From positions 13,174 to 77,173 of the forward strand of contig JAMPFF010000010.1 in NCBI GenBank assembly GCA_023664605.1: a DNA stretch of 64,000 bases, read 5' to 3'. The position numbers and the translations under genes are program-made. The notes beneath the pieces were generated by a model, which ran no database searches, had not been told where the DNA came from, and saw only the letters and a program-made list of their open reading frames with translations. Within the stretch, counting starts at the first letter, position 1, and every line of letters begins with the position of its first letter. The DNA comes from Clostridium sp. GTDB lineage: Bacteria > Bacillota > Clostridia > Lachnospirales > Lachnospiraceae. Below are positions 28,492-38,567 of the stretch, piece after piece.

Positions 28492-29226
28492 TTATTCCGG
28501 CTGCTTCAAAGTATATACTATCGGGTAATTATCCGAAAACAGGCCGGAAGAAACAGCGCTGATTTCCTCGGACAAAATCAAATTAGAGTCCTTTCGGATA
28601 TAGGCTTCCGTTTTTGTGCCGATAGAGTCTTTACCATCAAATTGTCTGGTCAAAATGCCCTCCGCCGCCTCATAAACGCCGCTGCCGTCATATCCGGCCT
28701 GCAAATCTTCCAAAGAAGGCAGCAGTGCAGGTCCGTAATCCATCAAATAAGAAGCCGTGGGCATTCCGAAAGTCTCGTTTACAAGAGCCTCTATTGCTTC
28801 TTCGTCCATACTGCCCGTATAGCCCGCCATCTGAAGCCTCTTCACCAAAAGGTTCCGAAACGCGGCGGCAAACGCCTCATAGGCAGCCTGCCTGCAGTCC
28901 GCATAACTCTCCGGAAGAACACTGCATTGAAAAGTTCCCTGCGAACGCTGCGTCTGTTCAAAAGTCACATTGACTATGATAGTCAAATCCTGCATATCAG
29001 ATTCCATATCCTCCAAAGAAACGGAAACGCCTTCTATATCCTGTAACCAGCTAAAGGCTGCGGCTGCGGCCTGCTCTGTCATGTTCAGGCCGGCAGTCCA
29101 CTCCCCCGAAAGGTCGTCGTCCTTTGGTGCGAAAAAGTGCAAATATGCCAAAAGTGCGGTAGAAATGCCCAAAGTCAAAAGCAGTAAGATAAACACCGCA
29201 TTTTTTATTGTTTTTCCCATAAACAT
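28492..29226 (-). CDS. Hypothetical membrane-anchored protein
   Basis: N-terminal TM segment; 15 nt from the carboxypeptidase gene. Confidence 0.7.
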   Translation of the reverse strand: MFMGKTIKNAVFILLLLTLGISTALLAYLHFFAPKDDDLSGEWTAGLNMTEQAAAAAFSWLQDIEGVSVSLEDMESDMQDLTIIVNVTFEQTQRSQGTFQCSVLPESYADCRQAAYEAFAAAFRNLLVKRLQMAGYTGSMDEEAIEALVNETFGMPTASYLMDYGPALLPSLEDLQAGYDGSGVYEAAEGILTRQFDGKDSIGTKTEAYIRKDSNLILSEEISAVSSGLFSDNYPIVYTLKQPE

Positions 29227-29280
29227 CCCCCTGCACGCGGAAACATACGCCGCCTTTTAGAAAGTTTCATCTTTCCCGGC

Positions 29281-30642
29281 TTATTCTTTCCTGCCATACC
29301 CGGTGATAACCGCCACTGCCAGCATCACCAGCATACAAATAGAATAATAGTTCACAAACGGTATCGACGCGGGCGCAACCGCAAATCCCTCTCCAAACTG
29401 AGCCGACTGCTGCGCCGGGATGACGCAATGCACTGTCCAGGGCGCCAAAAAGCAGAACACACAGCCTGTACAATCCATCAGATTGGCGCGGCGGTAGGGA
29501 TTTATCCCCGCTTTTTCTCCGATTTCATTTACCAAATCACCAAGCGCCACGATTGCCACCGAAATAACCCCCGTTACCATGCTTAGAATGCCGACGGACA
29601 GCACAATAGCCGCCTCCGTGCTATGTTCATTTTGGGCAAAACGTGACAGAACCGTTCCAATATCCGCAAAAATGCCGCTGTATTCCAATACGCCAAGAAG
29701 CGCAAATACCGCAACCAACATGGCTACCGTACCCGCCGTTCCCGTAATGGCTTCTATGACTGCTCCCGACACCGAAAAGCCTCCGGGAAATGCAACCAGC
29801 GCATCCACCGTATAAATACCGAAAAGCAGTCCCGCGGCAATTCCCGCCAAAATTCCCCATGACAAAGCGGTAATCAGATGTTTTCTCATAAGGCACAACG
29901 CAATAATGACTACCGGCACTATCAGAATAACCAGACTGCGCGGATTGGCTGTCGCACCCGAAGCCTCAATTACCGCATTTTCGTCTGTCGTCTTGGAAAA
30001 CAGCAGAAATAAAATAAATGCTCCCACCGCCGCCGGCAGGCTGTATCGCATTCTGGTTTTCACCACCGTTCCCAAATCCGCATGCTGCGTCGCAGACGAA
30101 GCGATTGTCGTATCTGAAATAGGGCCTAAGTTGTCACCGAATGCTGCGCCCGACACGATTGCGCCAATCATAAATTCCGGTGCAGCCCCCGTCATGACAC
30201 CTACCGGGAACAAAATCGGAATCACCACAAAATAAGTTCCCACCGAGGTTCCCGTTGCAAACGCCAGCAGACAGGTGATAAGAAACGAAGCCGCCACAAA
30301 AAGTTTTCCCGTAAAACCTGCCGCCACCGCATACACCGCAATCGTCTGCACCGCTCCGCTCGCTGAAATCAGTTTTCCCGAAACGGCCGCTAGTATCACC
30401 GCCAATACAATCGTTGCAAACATTGGTTTACTAAGTCCATATACCAACGCTTCCCCGTATGCCTTTTCATCCTTTGCAAAAACAACCCCTGCCACTAACG
30501 CCGCGAAAAAAGCCAGCACATATCCATTCACATTTGACTGGCTGAACGCCGCCCATAAAATCATCACCGCCGCAACAACAAGCGGCATCAGTTTTCCTAT
30601 ATTTCCGAAACGAAATTCTATTCTTTTGGTATTCTGCTCCAT
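29281..30642 (-). CDS. NhaC-family (Na+/H+ antiporter-like) transporter
   Basis: ATGTSVGT, AAFGDNLGPISDTTIAS; many TM helices; start MEQN after GGAGG. Confidence 0.85.
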   Translation of the reverse strand: MEQNTKRIEFRFGNIGKLMPLVVAAVMILWAAFSQSNVNGYVLAFFAALVAGVVFAKDEKAYGEALVYGLSKPMFATIVLAVILAAVSGKLISASGAVQTIAVYAVAAGFTGKLFVAASFLITCLLAFATGTSVGTYFVVIPILFPVGVMTGAAPEFMIGAIVSGAAFGDNLGPISDTTIASSATQHADLGTVVKTRMRYSLPAAVGAFILFLLFSKTTDENAVIEASGATANPRSLVILIVPVVIIALCLMRKHLITALSWGILAGIAAGLLFGIYTVDALVAFPGGFSVSGAVIEAITGTAGTVAMLVAVFALLGVLEYSGIFADIGTVLSRFAQNEHSTEAAIVLSVGILSMVTGVISVAIVALGDLVNEIGEKAGINPYRRANLMDCTGCVFCFLAPWTVHCVIPAQQSAQFGEGFAVAPASIPFVNYYSICMLVMLAVAVITGYGRKE

Positions 30643-30768
30643 CTTTTCCTCCGCATGATAACGACTCATATCTTAATTTACTGTTAAAAGTATACCATGT
30701 TCCTTATCTTTCTTCAAGCCCGTGACGAACATTTGTTCTCTACATTTTTCGTCAATAATTTCCCAATT

Positions 30769-32646
30769 CTATCCCGGCAGGCTTCCCTCCACGCAAAGCG
30801 CTCCATATCCCACCCGCTCATTCGGGTATACACTCTCTCCCCGTATCGGCTGCGCGCCCTTTCGCAGATATGCCTTTACTTTCTCGCCGTACAGATACGG
30901 GTCGTTTCCGTTTATGATGCCCCACTGCATTAGAATCGCCGCCGCTCCCGTGACAAACGGGGTGGCAAAGGAAGTACCGGAAACCTGAACGTATCCTCCT
31001 TCTCTGGCAGGCGCCAGAATGCCTACGCCGGGCGCAACAATATCGGGTTTGATAAAGGCCCCCTCCGTGCGGCTGCCAAGTCTGTCCTGATATAAATAAC
31101 CGCGCCCGGAAAAATCCGCATATGCCTCTATACCGGTCTGGTACGCGCCCACGGTTATTACTTTCGAGGCCGTGGAAGGAATTGTCAGCGTCACATCAGG
31201 CGTCGGCCTGACAAAACGGGTCTGCGCGGAACGCACGGTTTCCGACGGCAGATAAAACGTATAGTTTCCCGTCACCGTCCTAACCGGCTCCAATGTAAAA
31301 ATCCAGACGCCATTGTTTACATAACTTTGGTTTCCCATAGGTAAAAAATCAAAATAGATTTCCTGACTTGTCAGATACGGCGCCGGTTCCCCGTTATATA
31401 AAAGAATCCTTGTCTGCTCTAACGTATAGGTCTGCTTTCCCGCCCTATCCGTATCTACGCTAAACTCTTCACCGGCAGGAGAACGCAGATACACCCTGTA
31501 ACGGTCGGCATAATCTTTCCATAGCTGTACATTTAGTCCTCGTTCATAGTTTCCGACAACCAGTTCTATGCTGACGGCTACCCTGCCCATTCCGGTGATG
31601 GCATCCGCCGTCACCCCCACGCTGCCTCCGGTATGTCCGCCGGACGCACCTTCGTTGCCGCTTCCCACACAGATAACATTTCTGCCGATTTCCGAGATAT
31701 TATCAATAAATCGCTCCAGCAGGGAAGTGCCGTTATGCGCGCCGTAAGTATTTCCAAAACTCAAATTAACCGCTAACGGTTTTTGCAATGTCAGGGATTT
31801 TCTGACAACATAGGTGAGCGCCCGCATCAGTTCGGTTGTCCTTGGAAAAGAGCCTTCTCTTGGCGTTCCCAGCTTGACTATCAAAAGACCGCTCTGTGGC
31901 GCAACGCCCGCATATACGCCGTCTGAAGAAGCTCCGTTTCCCGCCGCTATCCCGGCAACGGCCGTTCCATGCCCCGATGTGTCCACACTCGGCACTAACA
32001 AGTCTCCTTCCATCTCCGAGGAGACTCTTAACGCTTCATCTATTTGTTCTTTCGTAAATTCCACGCCGCTGAAAAACCCCTCCGGCGGCTTATATGCATC
32101 TCTTCTTTCCTCCGGAAGCAGCCCTCTTTCGGCAATGCGTTCCCAAACCCGCTCCGCTTGCAGTGTCTGGTCCCACAGATACAGGATTCTGCTCGTTTTG
32201 TCCGCATTACAAAAATCACGGTTTCGCCAGGCAATGCCGGAGTCAATGACCGCCACCAGAATATCCTGTCCGCGCAGCGATAAAAAAAGCGGGCTGCCCG
32301 GTATGATACAGGAGGCGAGTTTTCCCTGTAAGGTATCAAAAAAAAGACGTTTTGGCTTCTCAATATATTCGATTTCCTCTACCCCGGATAACGCCTCCAC
32401 CAAAGAAGCGGGTACGGTTAAAATTGCATACCCCGCTATCAGCTCTTCTATTTGTATCAATCCGCCCTGCGGTGAGCGAAAAAAAGAGGACATACCCTGA
32501 TATAAATCACCGTGATATTTCACGATAAGTTCCCAGGTATTGTCCTCACTTTCATAACCAATATTCAGTTCCAGCGATTTATCCCGCTCCGCCTCCGGCG
32601 TATCTAGGGCAAGGTTTAGTATATTTTCAAACTTTTGAGAATCCAT
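30769..32646 (-). CDS. Subtilisin-like S8 protease, clostridial Csp (spore germination) type
   Basis: Catalytic triad VAVIDSG, GHGTAVAG, SGTSFATP; Csp-type motifs LSFGNTYGAH and GNDPYLYGEKVKAYL. Confidence 0.88.
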   Translation of the reverse strand: MDSQKFENILNLALDTPEAERDKSLELNIGYESEDNTWELIVKYHGDLYQGMSSFFRSPQGGLIQIEELIAGYAILTVPASLVEALSGVEEIEYIEKPKRLFFDTLQGKLASCIIPGSPLFLSLRGQDILVAVIDSGIAWRNRDFCNADKTSRILYLWDQTLQAERVWERIAERGLLPEERRDAYKPPEGFFSGVEFTKEQIDEALRVSSEMEGDLLVPSVDTSGHGTAVAGIAAGNGASSDGVYAGVAPQSGLLIVKLGTPREGSFPRTTELMRALTYVVRKSLTLQKPLAVNLSFGNTYGAHNGTSLLERFIDNISEIGRNVICVGSGNEGASGGHTGGSVGVTADAITGMGRVAVSIELVVGNYERGLNVQLWKDYADRYRVYLRSPAGEEFSVDTDRAGKQTYTLEQTRILLYNGEPAPYLTSQEIYFDFLPMGNQSYVNNGVWIFTLEPVRTVTGNYTFYLPSETVRSAQTRFVRPTPDVTLTIPSTASKVITVGAYQTGIEAYADFSGRGYLYQDRLGSRTEGAFIKPDIVAPGVGILAPAREGGYVQVSGTSFATPFVTGAAAILMQWGIINGNDPYLYGEKVKAYLRKGAQPIRGESVYPNERVGYGALCVEGSLPG

Positions 32647-32674
32647 ATGCGCTCCATGTTATACTTTATTATAT

Positions 32675-32896
32675 GGGCAACTGCGAAACGGCTTTGATAA
32701 TGCTGACTAGGGGTAACATATACGCTCCAACACGGGTCGCTTTCGCTACAGTTCAACCGTAACGGTGCATAACATACGAAAGTACCGCATGTGAAACACA
32801 AGACCACTTTCCGTGGTCTACGGTCTCACAGTACCCGCTTATGGAGCGTATATGTTACCCCTAGTCAAATAGTGGCTTCAGCGTTTCGCAATCGCC
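32675..32896. repeat. Nested palindromic intergenic element A (REPIN/MITE-like)
   Basis: Perfect 26-bp inverted repeat 32704-32729/32842-32867, outer 13/15 IR 32676-32690/32882-32896; core homologous to element B. Confidence 0.85.
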
Positions 32897-32945
32897 TATT
32901 ACTAATTATAATATATGAGCGCGCATCATAAACAATTACAAACTC

Positions 32946-35576
32946 CTACGCGATGGAAACGACCTCGTAATCCAGCGCCTCCACGGTTTTTTTCAGTACG
33001 TCGTCCGCAACTTCCGACTGCAGCGTAACAAGCGCGTTTCCTTTCTCATGGCTGACCAGAGCTTCTTTTACTTCCGGCAGTTCCTCTAACGCCTTCTTGA
33101 CCGCCGCCTCACAGTGTCCGCACATCATTCCTTTGATTTCCATTGTTTTTTCCATGTTCTTACTCTCCTTTTCTTTTATTAATTGATTTTCTATTGGTTG
33201 ATTGCCTGTTTGTCGTTTTTCTATTTTTTGACATTCTATTTGTTGATTTTCTGCTTGCTGACCGTCTTTTTTGTGTAACTTCCGTTTCATTTTCCTGTCA
33301 TGCTTCGTGCTGTACATATGAAACAGATTCAGGCGCAGCGCATTACTGACAACGCAGAAGCTTGACAGGCTCATAGCCGCCGCCGCAAACATCGGGTTGA
33401 GTTTCCATCCCAGTAAAGGATACCACAGACCCGCGGCAAGGGGAATCCCGATAACGTTATAGAAAAACGCCCAGAACAGGTTCTCGTGAATATTTTTAAG
33501 CGTCGCCCTGCTTAAACGGATAGCGGCAGGCACATCGCTTAATCTGCTCTTCATCAACACGATATCCGCCGCGTCTATCGCAATATCCGTTCCCGCGCCG
33601 ATGGCTATTCCGATATCCGCCCGCGTCAGCGCCGGGGCGTCGTTAATGCCGTCCCCGACCATTACGACCGCGCCTCTTTTTTGCAAATCACGGATCACGC
33701 TTTCCTTACCGTCCGGCAGAACGCCCGCGATTACCTCATCTACGCCCGCCTGCGCGCCGATGGCGCGCGCCGTCCTTTCATTGTCGCCGGTCAGCATAAC
33801 GACTTTGATGCCCATATTCTGCAACTGTTCTACGGCTCTTGCGCTGTCTTTCTTTATCACGTCCGCCACGGCGATAATCCCCTGAAAGACATTTGCCTTA
33901 CTAAAAAACAGCGGTGTTTTTCCATCCTGCGCAAATTGTCTAGCTCGGTCAATAACCTCCTGCAGCACCTCTGTTTTCGTCTGTATAAATTCCAAGTTGC
34001 CGCCCGCCAGCTCTTCTTTATCCAGAAAACCGGTCAGGCCTTTGCCCGGTACGGCTGCAAAATCCTCCACTGCCTTAGCCGCTACGCCTTTTTCTTTCGC
34101 CATTTCCAAGACCGCCTTAGCAAGCGGATGTTCGCTCTTTTGCTCCAGCGCGCAGGCAAGCGCAAGCAGATTATCCTCCGTACAGCCGCCCGCCGGGGCG
34201 ATATCCGTCACTTCCGGCTCACCGCTTGTAATGGTTCCGGTTTTATCTAACGCCGCAATCTGCATTTTGCCGGTCAGTTCCAAAGACTGCGCGGTCTTAA
34301 ACATAATCCCGTTTTTCGCTCCCATACCGTTTCCGACCATGATAGCTACCGGCGTTGCCAGACCAAGGGCGCACGGACAGCTTATGACAAGTACGGAAAT
34401 CGCTCTTCCCAGCGCAAAAGCAAAGCCTTCCCCCGCAAGCAGCCACACCGCGCCGGTCAGTACGGCAATCGCAATCACCGCCGGTACGAAAATGCCGGAC
34501 ACTCTGTCGGCAACTTTCGCTATCGGCGCTTTGGTCGCCGCCGCGTCGCTCACCATCTGTATAATCTGGGCAAGCGTCGTATCCTCGCCCACTCTTGTCG
34601 CCTGACATTTTAAGAATCCCGACTGGTTCAAGGTAGCCGCGGAAACACTGTCTCCCGCCTGTTTATCCACCGGAATGCTCTCCCCGGTCAGCGCCGCCTC
34701 ATTGACCGCGCTTATTCCGTCTATGACAATACCGTCCACCGGAATATTTTCACCCGGTCTGACGACAAATTCATCGCCTTTTTTTACCTGCGCAATATCC
34801 ACTTCTGTCTCTTCGCCGTCTCTTACAATCGTCGCTTTTTTGGGCGCCAGCTTCATCAAGCCCTTTAAGGCGTCCGTCGTCTTTCCTTTCGAGCGCGCCT
34901 CCAGCATTTTCCCTACCGTAATCAAAGTCAGTATGGTAGCGGCGGACTCAAAATAAAATTCGTCCATATAGTTCATAACCGCCGTCATATCATTTTTGAC
35001 CTGCGCATCCGTCATTGCAAACAGCGCATATACGCTATAGATAAAAGACGCTCCCGCTCCCATGGCGACAAGCGTATCCATATTGGGCGCCCCGTGCATA
35101 ACGCTCTTTGCGCCGCTTATGAAAAACTTCTGGTTAATCAACATAATCGCCATTGTCAAAAGTAACTGTAAAAGCCCCATCGCAACATGGTTGCCCTCAA
35201 AAAATGCGGGAATCGGCCATCCCCACATCATATGCCCCATGGAAAAATACATTAACGGCACAAGCAGACACAGGGAGATTATCATTCTTTTTTGCAAAAC
35301 CGGCGTCTCTTTATCCGCCAGCATATCCTCATAGTCCGGCGTACCATGTGCGCTCTCTCCCGCTTTCGATGCGCCCGCTCCCTTTTTGGAGGCGCCGTAT
35401 CCCGCCGCCTCCACTGCCGCAATAATCGCTTCCGCAGAAGCCGTACCTTCAACGCCCATGGAATTTGTCAACAGGCTGACCGAACAGGAGGTAACGCCGT
35501 TTACGCCCGATACCGCCTTCTCCACTCTTGTGCTGCATGCCGCACAGCTCATTCCTGTTACCGTATACTGCTCCAT
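32946..35576 (-). CDS. copA: Copper-translocating P1B-type ATPase with N- and C-terminal HMA domains
   Basis: GMSCAAC, TGES, SCPCALG, DKTGT, HPLA, GDGINDAP, YN and MSLSS motifs, C-terminal GMMCGHC. Confidence 0.95.
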   Translation of the reverse strand: MEQYTVTGMSCAACSTRVEKAVSGVNGVTSCSVSLLTNSMGVEGTASAEAIIAAVEAAGYGASKKGAGASKAGESAHGTPDYEDMLADKETPVLQKRMIISLCLLVPLMYFSMGHMMWGWPIPAFFEGNHVAMGLLQLLLTMAIMLINQKFFISGAKSVMHGAPNMDTLVAMGAGASFIYSVYALFAMTDAQVKNDMTAVMNYMDEFYFESAATILTLITVGKMLEARSKGKTTDALKGLMKLAPKKATIVRDGEETEVDIAQVKKGDEFVVRPGENIPVDGIVIDGISAVNEAALTGESIPVDKQAGDSVSAATLNQSGFLKCQATRVGEDTTLAQIIQMVSDAAATKAPIAKVADRVSGIFVPAVIAIAVLTGAVWLLAGEGFAFALGRAISVLVISCPCALGLATPVAIMVGNGMGAKNGIMFKTAQSLELTGKMQIAALDKTGTITSGEPEVTDIAPAGGCTEDNLLALACALEQKSEHPLAKAVLEMAKEKGVAAKAVEDFAAVPGKGLTGFLDKEELAGGNLEFIQTKTEVLQEVIDRARQFAQDGKTPLFFSKANVFQGIIAVADVIKKDSARAVEQLQNMGIKVVMLTGDNERTARAIGAQAGVDEVIAGVLPDGKESVIRDLQKRGAVVMVGDGINDAPALTRADIGIAIGAGTDIAIDAADIVLMKSRLSDVPAAIRLSRATLKNIHENLFWAFFYNVIGIPLAAGLWYPLLGWKLNPMFAAAAMSLSSFCVVSNALRLNLFHMYSTKHDRKMKRKLHKKDGQQAENQQIECQKIEKRQTGNQPIENQLIKEKESKNMEKTMEIKGMMCGHCEAAVKKALEELPEVKEALVSHEKGNALVTLQSEVADDVLKKTVEALDYEVVSIA
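33171..33260 (-). repeat. Degenerate 15-bp (5-aa) tandem repeat x6 in the CopA C-terminal linker
   Basis: QQAEN-QQIEC-QKIEK-RQTGN-QPIEN-QLIKE; units resemble CAA CAA ATA GAA AAT. Confidence 0.7.
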
Positions 35577-35598
35577 GATAAAATCTCCTTTCGCCCTA

Positions 35599-35880
35599 CT
35601 ATTTCATCAGTTTCTGTAATAGTATAACCAGTTCATCAATAACCTCGTCATTTCCCGCACGGATATTGTCCGCCACGCAGGTTCGGATATGACTTGCCAA
35701 TAATGCTTTGTTAAAACTGTTTAAAGCGGCATTCACCGCTGCCACCTGCACAAGCACATCCGCACAGTAAGCGTCTTTTTGCAGCATTCCCTGAATGCCC
35801 CGCACCTGTCCCTCAATCCGTTTGAGCCGGTTCATCAGGTCTTTATATTCCTTATCGGAACGCTCTTTTCGTTTTTCCAT
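35599..35880 (-). CDS. csoR: Copper-sensing repressor CsoR
   Basis: RLKRIEGQVRGIQGM...YCADVLVQ...HIRTC (C-H-C ligands); likely start MEKRKE. Confidence 0.92.
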   Translation of the reverse strand: MEKRKERSDKEYKDLMNRLKRIEGQVRGIQGMLQKDAYCADVLVQVAAVNAALNSFNKALLASHIRTCVADNIRAGNDEVIDELVILLQKLMK

Positions 35881-35910
35881 TCCATAACCATGCCTTTCTC
35901 TCAGCCTGTC

Positions 35911-35970
35911 ATATACCCCCGTCAGGTATATTTCTGCTACGATAATATACCCCGCGGAGGTATTTGTCAA
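35911..35970 (-). promoter_or_regulatory. csoR-copA promoter with two CsoR operator boxes
   Basis: ATATACC-CCCGTCA-GGTATAT (35911-35931) and ATACC-CCGCGGA-GGTAT (35947-35963) match the TACC-N7-GGTA CsoR box; TTGACA-17-TATTAT brackets the second box. Confidence 0.85.
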
Positions 35971-36022
35971 GCAAAATAGTTTTATTGTCTGAAAAATATT
36001 CTTATTATTTGAAAAAAGTTCT

Positions 36023-36051
36023 TTGACTTACGTTTTTTTATATGCTATAAT
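36023..36051 (+). promoter_or_regulatory. Sigma-A promoter of the AraC gene
   Basis: TTGACT-17-TATAAT with TG extended -10. Confidence 0.7.
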
Positions 36052-36199
36052 AATCTTACTTGTAGATATCTCGTTATTATTAATGAAAAATATTAATCTA
36101 ATGAATCATATTAACAGGTCGCTTTAGTCACTATTAACAATCCCACTTATGATACAATTCAATACTTGGTTTATTTTTTAATAGGAAAGTAGTAATATC

Positions 36200-37189
36200 A
36201 TGAATAAGGAAATGAAACAAAGCAAGATAATTCCCATGAAAACGGATTTTTTCACGACTGATGAGAATTTTTATGACAAAAGCAATTATGGTAATTTAGA
36301 ATATCCGGTCAGCATCTATCAGGTTGACTTTGAACAGGCGCACACCCACTCTATCCGGTGGCACTGGCATGAAGAAATGGAAATTCTTCTCATTAATAAC
36401 GGCTGCGCCAAGGTAACGACGGACGACCATGAGCAGATTCTGCGTCCGGGACAGGGTTTTATCCTCAACCAGAACGTGATGCACTCGATTCACAGTATAG
36501 AGGGGAACAACTGCACTTATTATTCACTCGTATTTCATCCGGATTTTTTATTCGGTTATAATAACTCCTATCTGCGGACAAACTTCCTGCTGCCGATGCA
36601 GAGTTTTTCCATATTAAAAACAATGCTGATAGATGAGGAAAACGCATGGCATAAGAGTATGCTCATCATCCTGGAAAAGGTGCTCGACGTCAACCGCGCC
36701 AAGAGTTTCGGCTATGAAATGGTTACAAAAGGGTATTTATGCCAGTTCTGGGCGACGCTTTTAAACAAACTGCCGATGGCAAACATTCCGCATTCGTCGA
36801 ATACCTCGTTAAACGAACAGCGGGTAAAACAGGCTATGCTCTATATCCGCCTGCATCATGCCGACGCTGTCACTCTCGACGATATTGCCGCCAGCATCTC
36901 CGTCAGCAAGAGCGAATGCTGCCGCTGCTTTAAGGCAACCATCCAGATGACGCCGTTTGAATACCTCATGAAATACCGTATTTTTGCGGCAAGCAGGCTG
37001 ATTCTGGACGACCATGACAACAGCCGCTCCATCGCGGAGCTTGCGCTGTCGGTCGGATTTAACAGCATCAGCTATTTCAACAAACTGTTCCGTCGGTATT
37101 TAGGCTGCACGCCGACCGAATACCGTATGCGGGTGGCGAAATCGACCTACAATATTGAGATGGAGCCGTTCGCCATACCCATGTTCTAA
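36200..37189 (+). CDS. AraC-family regulator
   Basis: WHWHEEMEI cupin; SVGFNSISYFNKLFRRYLGCTPTEYR. Confidence 0.9.
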   Translation: MNKEMKQSKIIPMKTDFFTTDENFYDKSNYGNLEYPVSIYQVDFEQAHTHSIRWHWHEEMEILLINNGCAKVTTDDHEQILRPGQGFILNQNVMHSIHSIEGNNCTYYSLVFHPDFLFGYNNSYLRTNFLLPMQSFSILKTMLIDEENAWHKSMLIILEKVLDVNRAKSFGYEMVTKGYLCQFWATLLNKLPMANIPHSSNTSLNEQRVKQAMLYIRLHHADAVTLDDIAASISVSKSECCRCFKATIQMTPFEYLMKYRIFAASRLILDDHDNSRSIAELALSVGFNSISYFNKLFRRYLGCTPTEYRMRVAKSTYNIEMEPFAIPMF

Positions 37190-37270
37190 CCGCGGCTTTC
37201 CACCGCTTATTGCTGATATGTTTTAGCGGACAGTTTCACTGTTTATTACTGCGTACGTTTTACCGGATAA

Positions 37271-38548
37271 CTACCGGTAAAACGTGCGCAATGTTTTTAT
37301 CAGATAGTCGATATCCTTTGCTCCCGCCGTCTCTAACGCAGAGTGCATCGCAAGCTGGGCCAGGCCGATATCCACCGTATCTACGGCTACCTGCGTTGTG
37401 GAAATATTTCCCAGCGTGCTTCCGCCTGTAATGTCGGAGCGATTGGCGTAAACCTGATACGGCACGCCCGCCCTGTTGCAGATATCTTTCATCACCGCCG
37501 CGGAATAGGCGTCCGTCGCGTATTTCTGACTGCCATGGTATTTGATGACAATACCGCCGTTCATGCAAGGGCGGTTGGCTGCGTCCGCTTTCTCCGGATG
37601 ATTCGGATGAAGCGCATGTGCGTTATCCGCAGAAATGGAAAAACTTTCCGCAATCATACACCGGTAATCCTCTTCATCCATCCCCAGCTGCCCGCATATT
37701 CTGACAAGTACATCCTTTAAAAATGTAGAAGCGGCTCCCTGCTTCGTTCCTGAACCCACTTCCTCATTGTCAAAAATCAGACAAAGGTTGCAGTATGCTT
37801 CCGGTTTTTCGCTCACCAGTGCGCTTATCCCCGCAAACGCGCATTCCAAATCATCCAGTCTCGGACCCGCGATAAAGGCTTCATCCATACCGATAAGCCT
37901 GCATTTATCCCTATTGTAAAGAAACAAATCCGTTCCCAATATCTCCTCTTCCGACACGCCCGCCTCTTTCGCTATTTCCTTGAAAAAGCATCCCTTGCTA
38001 TCCGCTCCGCCGATTAACGCCTCCATATCAGTCTGGGGATTGTACTCCACGCCCTTATTCATTTCTTTATTCATATGGATGGCAAGATTGGGGATGATAG
38101 CCGTGTCCTTATCCAGATTGACAAGGCGGCTCTCCAAGCCCGCCTCCTTTTTTACAATCACTCTTCCCGCGATAGACAGCGGTCTGTCCAGCCATGTTGA
38201 AAGAATCATGCCGCCGTACTTTTCCGTATTTAACTTCACATATAAGTTCTCAACGTCTATCTCCGCGCGCTCCTTTATTTTAAAGCAGGGGGAATCGCTG
38301 TGCGCCGCCACGATATGAAACCCCGCCGGGCTTTTATCCGGCAGTACGAACGCTGTCAGTGCGGAACCGTTTCGGTTTACATAATATTTTCCGCCCAATC
38401 TCACTTTTTCTTTCCAGGACTCCTTTTCCTCCAGACGGGTAAAACCCGCTTTATCCAGCATATTTTCCAGATTTGCCACGGCATGGAACGCAGTCGGGCT
38501 TTCGTTAATAAAAGCAAACATATCCTGTAACTGACTTGTTTTGTTCAT
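37271..38548 (-). CDS. M18-family aminopeptidase (aspartyl aminopeptidase-like)
   Basis: SPTAFHAV, AHSDSP, RLDDL, FDNEEVGS, SADNAHA, LAMHSALE. Confidence 0.92.
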   Translation of the reverse strand: MNKTSQLQDMFAFINESPTAFHAVANLENMLDKAGFTRLEEKESWKEKVRLGGKYYVNRNGSALTAFVLPDKSPAGFHIVAAHSDSPCFKIKERAEIDVENLYVKLNTEKYGGMILSTWLDRPLSIAGRVIVKKEAGLESRLVNLDKDTAIIPNLAIHMNKEMNKGVEYNPQTDMEALIGGADSKGCFFKEIAKEAGVSEEEILGTDLFLYNRDKCRLIGMDEAFIAGPRLDDLECAFAGISALVSEKPEAYCNLCLIFDNEEVGSGTKQGAASTFLKDVLVRICGQLGMDEEDYRCMIAESFSISADNAHALHPNHPEKADAANRPCMNGGIVIKYHGSQKYATDAYSAAVMKDICNRAGVPYQVYANRSDITGGSTLGNISTTQVAVDTVDIGLAQLAMHSALETAGAKDIDYLIKTLRTFYR

Positions 38549-38567
38549 GCGTTATAAACTCCCTTCT

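Noticed and set aside
30670-30768. Riboswitch (e.g. lysine) upstream of the NhaC-family gene
   Set aside because: The interval is only about 100 nt and no aptamer or terminator structure was seen.
32616-32807. 63-aa ORF overlapping element A
   Set aside because: It is derived from the palindromic element, has no RBS and no protein-like features.
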